DNA of 64,000 nucleotides from Gnetum montanum (Eukaryota > Plantae > Gnetophyta): contig MNCI01002402.1 of assembly GCA_015680685.1 (NCBI GenBank), forward strand, positions 62,001-126,000, written 5' to 3'. This document shows positions 13,401 through 26,705 of this stretch, one piece after another. The notes under the pieces were generated by a model. The model did not search any database. It was not told the origin of the DNA and worked only from the letters and a program-made list of their open reading frames with translations. Every line of letters starts with the position of its first letter. Positions within the stretch are counted from its first letter, which is position 1. Made by a program: the position numbers and the translations under genes.

Positions 13401-14649
13401 ACTTGTGAGGTATTTTGACTAACCCAACAGCAAGATTATGTCAATTTTTTAATCCATCCACCAAATCTGTAGCATATTGACTGCAATCAAGTAACCTTGT
13501 ATCAAGTGGAATCTACAACATCTTAGCAAGTAAACGATATATTTGGCATTAATATCCATACCCATAAAAAGATGAAAACTGAATCTCCATAGAACAGTTC
13601 TAGAATACTTGGAAAATTAGATGTACGGAAAAGAACAATGCAAGGTCCGCATAAAATCTGAGAGATATCTCTGCTACTATCACTTCAAAGCTATAACTAT
13701 CAAATCGAACTCAAAAACAAGGAGAAGAAAGGAGATTAATGGTTTCATGTTGTCGCTTGCTTGTATGCAACTCTGCCATTCAAAGAAGCTGCAATTCAAA
13801 CCACAGTAAACCCAGAAAAATTTATTTAAATGTCATTTTACCAACTGTGTAAAGGGGATGAAGCACTGCCCTCTGTTGCCTAACTATCAAATATCAAATT
13901 ATAGCCTCAGGTTAAAAACCATTTTGACATTTTTTTTTGACTCTGGAGTACCTCCGAAAATTTTGATATACTAAAACGACGTGTAACACCATTGAGAAAT
14001 TCCTCTATGGAAACGCAGAAAGTAATATAATCGGAATTCGTAGACTTGCTGAAGAGCAATGTGTAAACAAGCACCATACCATTAATCCATTAAATAAGGA
14101 TCACCTAATTTAAAAAATGTAAGGTATCAGACAAAAGTACTCGATAAAGAAAAACTTAAAAAAAAAACACAGAACAAAACTCTCTAAAATGGCATACATT
14201 TTTTTGGTTGGAAAGAAATATGATGTAGATTACTCAAAATCTATTGACAGAACTCATTCCATTGGTAGAATCCCTCGGTAAAAGACACAAAGAAAAACTC
14301 CACTAATTTGATCAAATCGCTCTGAAATCCAGGAATGTATAAGAATGTTCGAAAATCAAGCGAGATGATCTCGGTTTCAACAAGGGGGTGATAAAAGAGA
14401 AGTGAAATTGTAAAAAGAAATTTCTACTAGGTACAAGAGAATTTCATTTAAAAAAATAGGAGACTTCTCTAACTATGGTAAACAAGAAATACTGAATTGC
14501 CTGGTTACACAATAAAATTGCAACGAAACAATTGAGTCCATGCTTACAAAATGGTGACTAGATAATGAATCCACGTTTACATAACAAAATCACGGTCTCT
14601 GATCTGGTGTGCTTGGAGAATCCGCTTTTATATAACATAATCGTCATCT

Positions 14650-15034
14650 CTGATCTTGTCTAGTGTGCTTGGAGAAAGAGGTGACACGAGCGGATTCCAT
14701 GATGATGTGCATGTCTTGGAAATCCGCTCTAGCTCTTCTTCTGGTGGCAACTTTCCTGCGAGGAAAGCTAAATTTTCGACACGGCCAACACGTCGTCAAA
14801 ACCATAGCAGATCCATGGCCTGGAAACTACCAATCCAAGTGGACAGCTGCAACTTTGTGCAGAGCCATAGGCCTGTCCAGCATTTTCTCACCTTCATTGG
14901 CCAAAACACTCCTACATTTTCTTGGCCAATGCTCTACATGCTCCAAATTCATAGCAGCAGGAGAGAATGCCTTCATCACTCCCGAATTCGCAACTCTACC
15001 ACACTTTTTGGTACCCGAAATTTTGCAAGCCGAT
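14650..15034 (-). other. Unidentified GC-richer exon-like segment (ORF X), unit A copy
   Basis: Open frames on both strands; paralogous to 36900-37420; no family recognised. Confidence 0.3.
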
Positions 15035-15389
15035 AATGTGCAACTATTTTTTAACTCCATATTTCTGCACCAATCTCAACAATAACCTATCCACACACTG
15101 CAACAACCATACAAACCATGTGATATCATTTATCCTTCTATGTAAGTTTGCAACTGTGCATCTATCCTTTGAAAGATGTTAAATGCAATACTTCCAATAA
15201 TGTGAAATCTCAAAACCCACAATATAAAAAGCTACAAAACCTTGAAGTAATAAGGTACTTGTTTTCTACAAAATGTTATATACTTGTCCTCTTCATCTAT
15301 CCATTGACCCTTGATGATGTTGGCTTTCTTAAGCTGGCCTACTCTGGAGGATCTGTGTTTTACTTCCTTCATGAATATAGGGCTTCTTA
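15035..15389 (-). pseudogene. MYB98-like pseudogene copy 2 (end of exon 1, intron 1, start of exon 2)
   Basis: Near-identical to 1373-1713; GQLKKANIIKGQWIDEEDK; carries the same KK* stop in R2. Confidence 0.88.
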
Positions 15390-15868
15390 ATGCTACAACC
15401 ATTTCGTCAACGTTGTGCATTCTACCACTACTATGGTCCACCAATTTCATGAAAATGTAGTAGCAGATGATGTAAAAGAAACAACAACAACAAAAATGAA
15501 AATCAAACAAAAAGAAAAAGCAAATAGAGATACAACCCCAAAAATAGACACGAGATAGATATGAACAAAAAAAAACCACAACAATGTAGGAAAGAATGAA
15601 TTGCTATTGTAGTAGAATGCAATAGAGCAAAAAATTCCTAAAGAAAATGAAAAGTTTCTTTATGTTGCTATCTACTCCTTTCATGCATGGACAAGCTCTT
15701 ATTAAGGCTATTGGCCCATTTTCAAACTGCTAATCTCCCTTCCATCCTAGGACCCATGCATCTTGCTAGTTGTGACCTTCAAAATTTCTCTTTCATCCCA
15801 CCCAAGTTCAACCCACCTCCCCATCAATCCACGACATGCATTTGCATTACCATACATGGAAGCATAAA

Positions 15869-16380
15869 TGTAATTGTTTACGTGAAAACAAATGATTTTT
15901 ACAATTCCATAAACATGACCATTCTGAGAAAATCGATGGTTTGTAACAATTTCAAAAATGTGATCATTACGGGAAAACCAATGGTTTGTAATGGTTCAAT
16001 AAAAGTCACCGTTATAGGAAAATCAATAGTTTGTAATGGTTACCACAAGAGTGGACTCGTATTTTCCATTTAAATCAAAAGTTTGATAACTGACAATTTT
16101 CTAGCCTATAAAATGTTCTTGATGGGAGAATAAAGGTACTGAAAGAAATCACAATAGTGTTACTATTCTAGTCCCTATCACAAATGCTTAGAGTCTACAT
16201 ACATCATTGTTGTTGAGCATTGTTGTGATAGAAGAATCAGAACACTCACCGCAACATGTTCATGTAAAGGCATCAATCACTGGAGGTCAATTTCAATTTA
16301 TTTTTGCATCTTTGATTCCTTCTACAATTTGGTTATTATGTCATCTAGCCAATGTTTTTTGCATAATTTTGTTTTCAACA
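15869..16380 (+). repeat. Copia 5' LTR with ~40-bp internal tandem repeats
   Basis: TGTAA...CAACA; about 4 units of CCATAAA.GTGACCATT..GAAAA at 15880-16050; CTATAAAA box near 16106. Confidence 0.92.
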
Positions 16381-17639
16381 TTTGGTATCGAAGCTAGGTT
16401 TGATCTCTATCTTAATGCTTAATAATATTTCTTTTGCCACTCTTATAATGGTTTCAAACTGCAATGGATTTTTCATCTATTAATGGTGTCAAACTAGGGT
16501 GAATTTGAGTCAATTTGATTATTGACTAGAAAATGTTTATTTTGGAATTATGGATGGCATTTGAGTCTTAATTTTCCATATGTAACAAAATTAATAAATG
16601 TTTTAAAATAGTTACATGGATTATGGAGTGATGCCTAGCTTGAAGTTCATAGTATTTTTAACTCCTCCACTTTTTCTCAATTTGAAGACACTATCGAAAA
16701 AGTTTATGGGATGGAGAATCCAAACAAGAGGGAGTGGGCATTGAGGTGCTTTGGCCTCTATCCTTGGAAGATAGGGTAAGAAACGTCCTTGGGCCACATG
16801 GTAGAAAGTTCTCCACATGCAAGGATGGATCCCATGCTTTGGAACAGTAGCCAATAAGTCTGAGACATGTGTGAAGTAGCCTCTATGTTCCCTACATGGG
16901 CTCTATACAACCAATATTTCTAGTATAGCTCCTACACTATTATCTATATTTTCTGATAACATAGCTCCATCGCACAACCTTTATATTGATAGCCACATTT
17001 GTATTTTATTATGAGAATAAAGTTGCCTAGTATTAATATTTCTCAAATAACTAATGTTTATTGCCATATTTTCTTAAGAAATTTTAGAATTTGATAATTT
17101 GTTTTAGAAATAATTAATTTTATGCATATTTTTTTATATATCTATAAAGTGACACTGATATATGCATAGTTTTTTTGCATAAAAATTATGACTAGTGATC
17201 AATATTGTTTTGTATAATTAGAGAGTATCCATAGCATCTTTAATCATGCAAAATTATATATTAACAACTTTTGATCACATAAGGTAAATAAACATTAAAT
17301 TGTGATTAATTATATGCAATATAATAGATTTTATTCCACATTAATGTTTGTTATATTTAATATTATTAATTAGGATGATGTATTAAATTTTTTTCTTAAT
17401 TTTCCCATAGGGATTAAGAAAAGAGATATAATTTAATAGTTTCATCATAAGAATATATGAATTTTTTTGAATTAACATTTAGCCCACAAGTAATTTTACG
17501 TCATTTGATTCATATTTTTGCATAATTTACATTAGTAAACATGTCATACAGTATTTTATCCTCAAATTTAGGGACATAAGCATGTTTTAATTTATGCAAT
17601 TATACAACCTATGAACTACTTTGATTTTAAATGTGACAT

Positions 17640-20600
17640 CCTGAATTAAAGGGTGATAATTATAAGGTGTGGAAGTAGAGGATTATCCTTCATTTAGGTT
17701 GGATGGACATTAACTATGTTGTCCGTAAGGATGAACCACCTACCATTATGGGAACCAGCCAATCAGATGATGTTGGTTCTTATGAGAAATGGGAATATTC
17801 TAATCACCTTTGTGTCATGTTCATAACGATCAAGATCTTAGCTGGTACGTGTGGTTCATTGGAATAGTATGAAAATGTGTGAGCTTTAATAAAGGCAATT
17901 AATGAATAATTTGAGTCCTCAAACAAGGCTTTGGCTAGCACCTTAATAATGAAATTTTCATCCATGAAGTTCATCAAAATCTATTGTGTGTGTGAGCACA
18001 TTGTTCAAATGAGGGATATAGCGACTCAATTGAAAACACTTGAGGTTGAGATGTCAAATTCTTTCCTTCTGTACTACATCTTGAACATGCTCCCATAATG
18101 GTACGCACTCTTTAACATTTCTTATGCCAAACATAGAGAAAAATGGTCAATCAATGAACTAATGATCATGTGTGTAGAAGAAGCAGGAGAGAGTGTGCAT
18201 ATGACTACACAAGGAAAGAATAAGGGGCAAGCCAAAAATAAGTAGAACGGTAAACTACCTACACAAGTTAATATTAAGAAGGAATCTAAATGATTTTTCT
18301 ATAAGAAGAAAGGACATATAAAGAAGGATTATACTAAATATCAGAAATCACTTGAAAAGAAAGGTATTAAATTCTCACTTGTTTTTTTTGAATCTAATAT
18401 GATTGATGTTGGCCATAACACATGGTGGATTGACTCCAGTTCTAGAATCCATGTTACTAATTCCTTTTAGGATGTGCAAAACCTTAGAACACTAGTGGGA
18501 AGTGAGTTGTGCATCTAATCAAGCAACAAGATGCACTCATATGTGGAGGCAGTTGAAACATGAAAATTAGTTTTAAGTAGTGATTTTGTTTTAGAGTTGG
18601 AAAAGACATTTTATATTCCAAGTTTTTCAAGAAATTTAATTTCTATTTCAAGGCTTGTATCATTGGGATTTTCCTTTAATTTTTACCACATTGTATTCAA
18701 TTTATATTATAGATCTAAATTTATTGAAAATGGTACATTAACGAATGGTCTTTTCAAAATTAGTTTACTAAATGAAACTTCTTATACTTCTATGCATGTT
18801 CATGATAGTGTTGGCATTAAGAGATGTGCTATGAATGAAGAATCCTCTATGTTATGGCATCATATGTTAGGACATATCTCTATTGAGAGAATAAAGAGAT
18901 TAGTAAATGGTGAACTACTTAGTACCTAGATTTTTCTAACTTTAACACTTGTGTGAACTACATAAAGGGAAAGTAGAACAATATGTCAAATAAAGATGCC
19001 AAGAGGAGTTTAGACATATTATAGATCATACATACATATATTTGTAGTCCAAATATGGACATCTATGCTCAAAGGTATTTCATTACTTTTATCAATAACT
19101 ACTCATGTTATATGTATCTCTACCTACTTCACAACAAGAACGAAGCTTTATATGCCTTTATGATGTTTAAGGCTGAACTAGAGAAAGAATATGATAAGCA
19201 AATAAAGATAGTTAGGTTTGATAGAGGTGGTGAATACTATGGTAGATATACTAATGACCGACAAGCATCTAGTCCATTCACTAAGTTTCTTCAAGACCAT
19301 GGGATTGTTGGCTAGTACACTATGCCTAGTTCTCTAGACCAGGATGGTGTTGCAGAAAGAAGAAACCAAACATTATTGGACATGGTGAGGAGTATGGTTA
19401 ACAACTCCAAGCTTCCTAAGTCCTTACAAACCAAATCTCTCAAGATGACTATGGATATATTAAACCAAGTTCCAAACGAGGCTCTCTCAAAGACACCATT
19501 TGAATTATGGAAAGGTTGGAAACTAAGTTTGTAACATATACATGTTTGAGGATGTCCATCTAAAGCAAAAGTCTATAATCCATAAGAAAAGAAGCTAGAG
19601 ACAAGAACCATAAGTGGGTATTTTGTTGGATATGCTGAAGGATCTAAGGGATATAAATTTTATTTTCCATCACACACTACTAGGTTTGTGGAATCAACGA
19701 ATGCTAAATTTCTTGAGAATGACTTGATTAGTGGGAGTAATTAATCCTGGAACATTATTCTAAAGAAAGATCATGCAAGTGCCCAATCCTCTACTTCAAC
19801 TGAAAGAATAATTATTGTACACAACACACCTAGAGCATAAACACGTGATGAACAATAACCAGTCATTGAAGTCCTACAGATTGCTAATCAAGAAGTAGTA
19901 GATCCAACTGAACAATAGATACCAAAACCTCTTGAATAGCTATTGAAGATCATGCTCCACAGAATAATGATGAACCAACATTAAGAAGATCTACTAGATT
20001 AAGGCAATTAGAAATTATTAGTGGCTATATAGTGTATCTACAAGAGTCTAAGTATAACATAGGAGTTGAAGATAATCCCAAAATATTTTCACAAGCAATG
20101 AGTTATATGAATTCTAACTTGTGGTATGATGTCATGAGAGATGAGATAAAATCTATGTCATCTAATGGATTCTAGGATCTTGTCAAGTTTCCTAATGGTG
20201 TAAAAACTATTGGATGAAAATAGTCTTCAAGAAAAAGAAAGACTCATTAGGAAACATTGAAAGATATAAGGCAACACTAGTTGGTAAAGGATTTATTTAG
20301 AGAGAGAGAATAGATTACATAAAGATCCTTTATCTTGTATCTAAGAAGGACTTCGTTTATGTGATTATGGCATTGGTTGCCCATTTTGATTTTAAATTAC
20401 ATCAAATGGATGTGAAAATAGCATTCCTCAATAGTGATCTAGAGGAAGAGGTTTATATGAAAAAACCTAAAGGAATTTCCTCTAGTGGTGGTGAGCAATT
20501 GATATGCAAGCTCAAAAAATCCATATATGAATTGAAATAGGCCTCATGTTGATGGTATTTAAAATTCCATGATGTCATCACTTCATTTAGTTTTGAAGAG

Positions 20601-21620
20601 AACATGACGATCAATGTATATACTAGAAGGTTAGTGGGAGAAAAATCTATTTCCTTGTCCTATATGTGGATGATATCCTTCTTGTGACTAATGATAATGG
20701 ATTTCTATATGAGGTGAAGCAATTTCTCTCTAAGAACTTCGACATGAAGGATATGGGTGAGGCATATTATGTCATTGGTGTTAAGAATCATAGGGATCAA
20801 TCTAGATGTATTCTAGGACTATCCTAGGAAACCTATATCAATAAAGTTTTAGAGAGGTTTCAAATAAAATATTTTTCACCAAGTATAGCATCCATTGTGA
20901 ATGGTGATAAGTTTAATTTGAACTAATGCCTAAGAATGATTTGGAGAAAATACAAGTAAGAAAAATTTCATATGCTTTAGCTATTGAAAGCCTAATGTAT
21001 GCTCAACTTTGCACAAGACCTTACATTGCATTTGTTGTAGGAGTGTTGGACAAATATCAGAGTAACCTAGGCATTGACCACTAGAGGGTTGCAAAGAAAT
21101 TAATGAGGTACCTTCGAGGTACAAACGATTACATGGTTATGTATAGATGAACTAACAATCTAGAGGTGATTGGCTACTCTAATTCAAACATTGTTGGTTG
21201 TGTTGATTTAAGGAAATCAACATCTAGTTATGTTTTTATGTTGGCTATAAAAGTTGTGTTCTAGAGGAGTGGTAAGAAAACCTTAGTGGCTACTTCCACA
21301 ATGGAGGCAAAGTTCATTTCTTGTTTTGAGCCTACTTCACATGCCATATGATTGAAGAGTTTCATGTTGGACTTTAGAATTATAGATTCTATATCTTGAC
21401 TATTAAAAATGTTTTGTGATAATTCAACTACTATCTTTATGGCTAAGAATAATAAGAGTGGAAATCGAAGTAAGCACATCAACATTAAAGTACTTAGCCA
21501 TAAGGAAACATGTTAAGGAAAATAAAGTGGTTGTTGAGCATATAAGCATTGAATTGATGATAGCTGATCCTTTGACAAAAGAAATGTCACTGAAGTCGTT
21601 AAGGATCATGTAGTTCATAT
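17640..21620 (+). pseudogene. Copia gag-pol pseudogene
   Basis: MDINYVVRKDEP and KWSINELMIMCVEE (gag); WWIDSSSRIHV (PR); LWHHMLGHIS, VRFDRGGEY, GVAERRNQTLLDMVRSM (INT); HQMDVKIAFL, LYVDDILL (RT); ADPLTK (RH). Many stops and frameshifts. Confidence 0.93.
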
Positions 21621-21941
21621 GGAACTTACTTCCATAATGTAATTTGTATGTACAATTTTATAGTCTTAATGAAACTCTTATTCAGTTGTGGTGTATTCTC
21701 ATATTTAATTTGTGCATATAGCTATTTGAAAAAATTCACATATGGTAGGACTTAGAATGAACATTAGGTTTATTCATAAATTTAGTTACAGTATAAGGAA
21801 TTAAGTTTCAGAGATAATACATTGTAAGACATGAAAGATAATACTCACATTCAGATGAACTATTTCCATGATTCATGTATTCATCTCTTGAAATTTGGGT
21901 TTGATGGATATTAATTTGAATATGGAGACCAAGTGAAAGAA

Positions 21942-22453
21942 TGTAACCATTTACAAGAAAACTAACAATCTATAATGATTCCACAAATGTGACCATTATG
22001 GAAAATTTGACAATTTATAATGGTTCCATAAATGTGACCATTACAAGAAAACCAACAACTTGTAATAGTTCCATAAAAGTGACCAATATAAGAAAATAAA
22101 GAGTTTCTAATAGTTACCACAAGAGTGGTCTCATATTTTCCATTTAAACCAAAAGTTTGGTAACTGATTTTTTTTCTAGCCTATAAAATGTTCTTGATGG
22201 GAGAACAAAGACATTGGATGAAATCACGACAATGTTATAGTTTTTTTCCCTATCACAAACACTCAAAGTTTGCATACACCATTGTTGTTAAGCATTGGTG
22301 TGATAGAAGAATTAGAACACTCATCATAACAAGTTTATGTAAAGGCATTAATGGCTGAAGGTTAATTTCAATTTATTTTTGCATCTTTGATTCTTTATGC
22401 AATTCATTTATTTTTTCATCTAGCCAATGTTTTCTACATAACATTTTCCAACA
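21942..22453 (+). repeat. Copia 3' LTR
   Basis: Homologous to 15869-16380, preceded by PPT CCAAGTGAAAGAA, followed by TSD ATAAA. Confidence 0.92.
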
Positions 22454-22799
22454 ATAAAAAAATAAAAGACACTGCAAAATTATGGTAGGAATAAAAACAT
22501 AGAGAAAGTTACACATGGGAGGAATTAAAATATAGTAGACAATGTAACTTTCCTTTTACCTTCATTTTTGTTTGTTGGGTTCAATCAACAATTCTGCATT
22601 TCACAGCAAAATGTTGGCATGGATGGCATGGCATGACATGAGCATGAGCATTCATTCATAATTGAAACACCTCCATGCCATCAATTTCATTCATTTGCTT
22701 CATTCCACACCTCCTCCATGTTCTAAATTTCATTCATTTTCCTCATTCCATACTATCTCATCAATGTCTTAAATTGGACAATAAGTCACTTTAATGTAT

Positions 22800-23661
22800 A
22801 AATTTGGTAGTGAATGGGAATAACTATTATGAGATTTGACTAGTTATACTTTCCAAAGGAATTATAATAACTTCATTCTATTCTATGTAAGAAAAATTTG
22901 GAAGCTAAGCTAAAAACCCCTCTGAAGGAACATTATTATTGAAAAAATGTGTGAGATTCAATATTAAGATTAAGAGCATGTTATACCTTAATACTTGTAG
23001 GAACAAAAATCTTGTATTTTCCTTAGAGTTAAAATATTTTCTGAGTGCCTACAAAAGGAGTCTAAAGTGTGTATAGTTCTTTGTTCGAACACAGATGTAC
23101 CTAAGCACAGTAGTGTGATGGAAATAAAACAAACTCTTTTGGCAATCCTTGCAGCACTTAGAATAGCTTAATATTTTCTTTATTGCATTTTACTTTCTTG
23201 CTCTTTACTTTAATGCATTTCATTAAGCAATATATTTCCAACAATTAATGAATATGAGCATGACCACTTCAAGCATTCATATAGTACTTGGTAACCTAGC
23301 AACACTTAACATTTGGTAGCCCACCAATGTTATATGTGTTCAAGAAAGTGGGGCAATTACTTGTGTTAGGCTAGTTGGGTGATATACATTAGTTTCAATA
23401 CACTCTACCCTTTATTCTTATTGTAGGTGATTACATCCATAAAACATAAATGATAAAAATTCATATACCTTAATTACACTTCAACGATACCTTTGAGCCT
23501 CACAAGTGTAGTTGGGAAGACAACCAACGTTCTCAACACTATTTCACTTTCTAGAGGAACTAGTGTGTGAGATAACTATAAGTCCATGGAATTCAATCGG
23601 ATTGCATGTAATGCCTTAGTGATTCATATGGTTGGGCATAGAGGTACCTTGCCACTCATCA
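22800..23661 (+). mobile_element. Athila-like LTR 3' portion (left boundary uncertain)
   Basis: Ends GATTCATATGGTTGGGCATAGAGGTACCTTGCCACTCATCA, homologous to the reverse complement of 10286-10370; no PBS follows. Confidence 0.6.
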
Positions 23662-26509
23662 AACTTGTAGAGAGGGTTGAACAAATAGAAAAAGATTAAC
23701 GTAGTAGATGAAAACGGTTTTGTATCAAACCTAAATGCTAGCAACATGGCAGTAATTAAAAATAAGCAGTAACTCAAAAATTGTTCAAAAAACATATATA
23801 ACCTTAATGTGTGAATTTCCTAATATAGATTGTGGAATTGCAAATAAATACTGTGAATTTCCTAACATGAGACATAGCATACTTATAAAAAATGATTTTT
23901 TCATTGAAAGCTTCTTCTTCTTTCACTTATAAAAGTTTTTTCTCCATCTTTTTCAACTTTGATATCTAGCCAAGGAGAAATAAAAGCTAACAACTTGAAT
24001 TATTCCATTTTTTTAGAAAATGCAAGAAACAAAGCCTAAACAACTAAAATGTTTTGTCCAATTATAATAAATTACGGGTGTATTTCTGAGAAATACTTAA
24101 TTATTGTAATTTGAAATGAAATGAATTTACATTAGTTTGCCTACCATTCTGAGCAAAGTCTACTCACTTCACATTGTCAAAATTTTTTTTATTTTCATTT
24201 TGCTATTTTAGCAATACTTTGAAGCAAACGATGATGACTTTCCTAAAACCATTAGGGATGCACCACAAAGGCAAAAACTAAGAGACATGTACAAGACATC
24301 AGCTTTCCAAGTTGCATCTTTGCTGATTTCATAGACGTTAACCTAAAACACCAAACTTTGCGTATTCGATACATAAAACATTTTTAAGACAGAATATCAT
24401 GTGCTTGAAAGCAGGGAATCCTGTGACTCAAGGAAGAAAAATGAGATTCGTGAGGAAAAACCAATAGACAATACTAGATTTATACAGCATCAACGGCAAG
24501 GGAACCCTGAGATTTGCTTGAGATTCAAAATTGAATTCGATTCACATCGCAAGCAACAACAAAAAACGTATCAGATCTTGGGAGAAGATAATCATGCTAC
24601 CCAGCAAACTAAGTGTTTCTATGCGCTTATTGCATTAGTATTTTTTCTGCTGTTTTGTCGGAATTTTGTTAGGAATATGGGAACAGCCAAAACGGAAACA
24701 CAAACGATATTTAATCTTGATACTATGAGCTGGGGCTTGATTGTGTAGCCATACTCTAGAAATCCTGCAGAGTTTGCTGCTACATACACTGCTCTACTCA
24801 AATCATAGGCCTGGATTTGCCATCTCTATTTATACATCCATATCCATGGCCTCTATCTCAGTATCCATGGCATCTTCCTGAACCTGTACATCTATGTCTA
24901 TCCCATCAATCTCCCACTCTATCTCCATCTATTCATACTCCATTTCTATCTCTATATCTATATCCATTTCTTCATACTGCATTGTAATCTGACATTTCCA
25001 AATCCTCCATTTGATTTCTTTTAAGTTCTTGGAACGCTTTACGCAACCTGTATTTAAATGAATAAGAATATCTTGAGGCGGATAAAGCAAGTTACCAAAA
25101 AATTACAGTTAGAAAAAAAAAAGGAAAATTATAATGTAGAAAAAAGAAGTTGCCAAAAACTTACAACAGAAGAAAAAAATGTTACCAAAAAATTTGAGCC
25201 TTATAGGTAAGATTAATGTGTAAAATACTATGGTTGCATATGTTCCTCCAAATGGTTTCTTTCTAAGTTGTATGTGCGATAGGGTTTGTTACCTTGTCCA
25301 AGAGTTAGAACAAGTTCAGTCCAGGATTGGAAACCCTTTCTAAAACTGAATTTTTACTTTGGCACAAACACAAGTTTTAGAATTTCCTACTGGCAGAAAT
25401 TTTTTGCACTGACTCTCTTCTCAGTCCAATAATGCTGATGAACAATCTAACATTAATTATTCCCAAGTGTCCTCTCAATATACATTAAAATTTGTTGGAA
25501 TTACCAAGTTAACTCTGCCTAAGTCTTCTATTTGAAATTTGGAAGTAGAGGAATAATATTCCTGGTAAATAACATTTTGCATCTCCCATTCAACCTTATT
25601 TCCAACCTTGCTATCTTTTTGCCATGACATTTCTGCACTTCTCCTGATTTTTTTGCCATTTTTACTGTATATTTAAAATGTGAAAACCTAGCCTTTATGC
25701 TTAAAAATTGGAGCAGTTGCCTTTTCTATTTTATTGTAACTGATCTTGATTGACCCTGACCATTGTAACGTAATTGATCTTGATTTCTTCGTTATAATAA
25801 AAATTAAGCAAAAGAAAGTATTCTACTGAAACCTCAAACTATGCACTGCATAAGCTTTAGTTTCATTTTATGAAATCTAACAGACCAGCTGAATAATTTC
25901 ACTATACGATTTGGGCTCATGGATGTCTAGATTTTGTCCTCTGTTTAGTTTCCCTTTACACAATTGAATAATTTTTTTGACTGGATTAATGAATGAAACC
26001 CAATGGTGCAATGCTGGTAGTTTCACGTCGAGGAAGTCAATTTATTGATTGCTAGATGATGGACCTATTCAAGCAATTCGACAATTGTTGTTACAAGATT
26101 TTTTTTTTTTTTTATTCATTGAACGATATTTGCTTCCTCTACCTATGGCAAATCCAAATCCTGCATCACACATCCAAACTGAGCAATCTAATCAGGCATA
26201 GTAAATCTAGAATGCTCTGAATCTCAGGATCTACACAAACAATCTCATTAACACTTCAAAATGGCACTCTAGAATTCAGATGCAGAGCTAAGAAAATAAG
26301 AATAATTAGCAATGTACCTTAACAGAACACAGTTGTCAATGGCAAGACGAGGATCTCGTGTAGAGAGAACTGCAGCGCATGTCTGCAATTGTGAAGAGGG
26401 CAGTTCATGGCAACCTTAAGTTTATATTTACAAAAGAAAGAAATCCTGGCTAAATTTCCTGCATTGGCTGCATTATTTTTTAACTGACAATTTCTCAGAG
26501 TAATTAGAT

Positions 26510-26705
26510 TTTCCTTCCCTATTTAGTCCTGGGCGCCCTCAGACATTGCCAGCCATGGGTCAGACTCCAAATCATTGTGCTCCAAAATCCCCAGCTATGT
26601 TTCTGCCCAAAAAGAATGATGCCGGTCAGTCTCAGGGCCATAACGCTTGCACAGAACTTCCGGAGCCATGTTGCATAGGTTACCCACAACGTGCTTGAAA
26701 TCATG
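26510..26705 (-). pseudogene. CPK fragment copy 2
   Basis: Paralog of 5700-5930 with different deletions; APEVLCKRYGPET, FWAET, ESDPWLAMSEGA. Confidence 0.8.

Larger units (their letters stand above)
3634..15389. repeat. Segmental duplication unit A
   Basis: Collinear with 24495-37344 (roughly 90-95% identical by eye), then joins at 15034/15035 to sequence matching 40769 onward, i.e. it lacks ~3.4 kb (37345-40768) present in unit B. Confidence 0.95.
15869..22453 (+). mobile_element. Full-length decayed Ty1/copia LTR retrotransposon (probably TAR lineage)
   Basis: 512-bp LTRs (15869-16380, 21942-22453), TG..CA ends, ATAAA TSD both sides, PBS TGGTATCGAAGC (tRNA-Met) at 16383, PPT before 21942, domain order gag-PR-INT-RT-RH. 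Confidence 0.95.

Noticed and set aside
14650-15034. ORF X resemblance to kinase motifs (RVANSGV~RVADFGV, LDRPM~LDWP) or a bHLH basic region (RRKVATRRR)
   Set aside because: Motif order is wrong and the other conserved residues are absent; likely chance.
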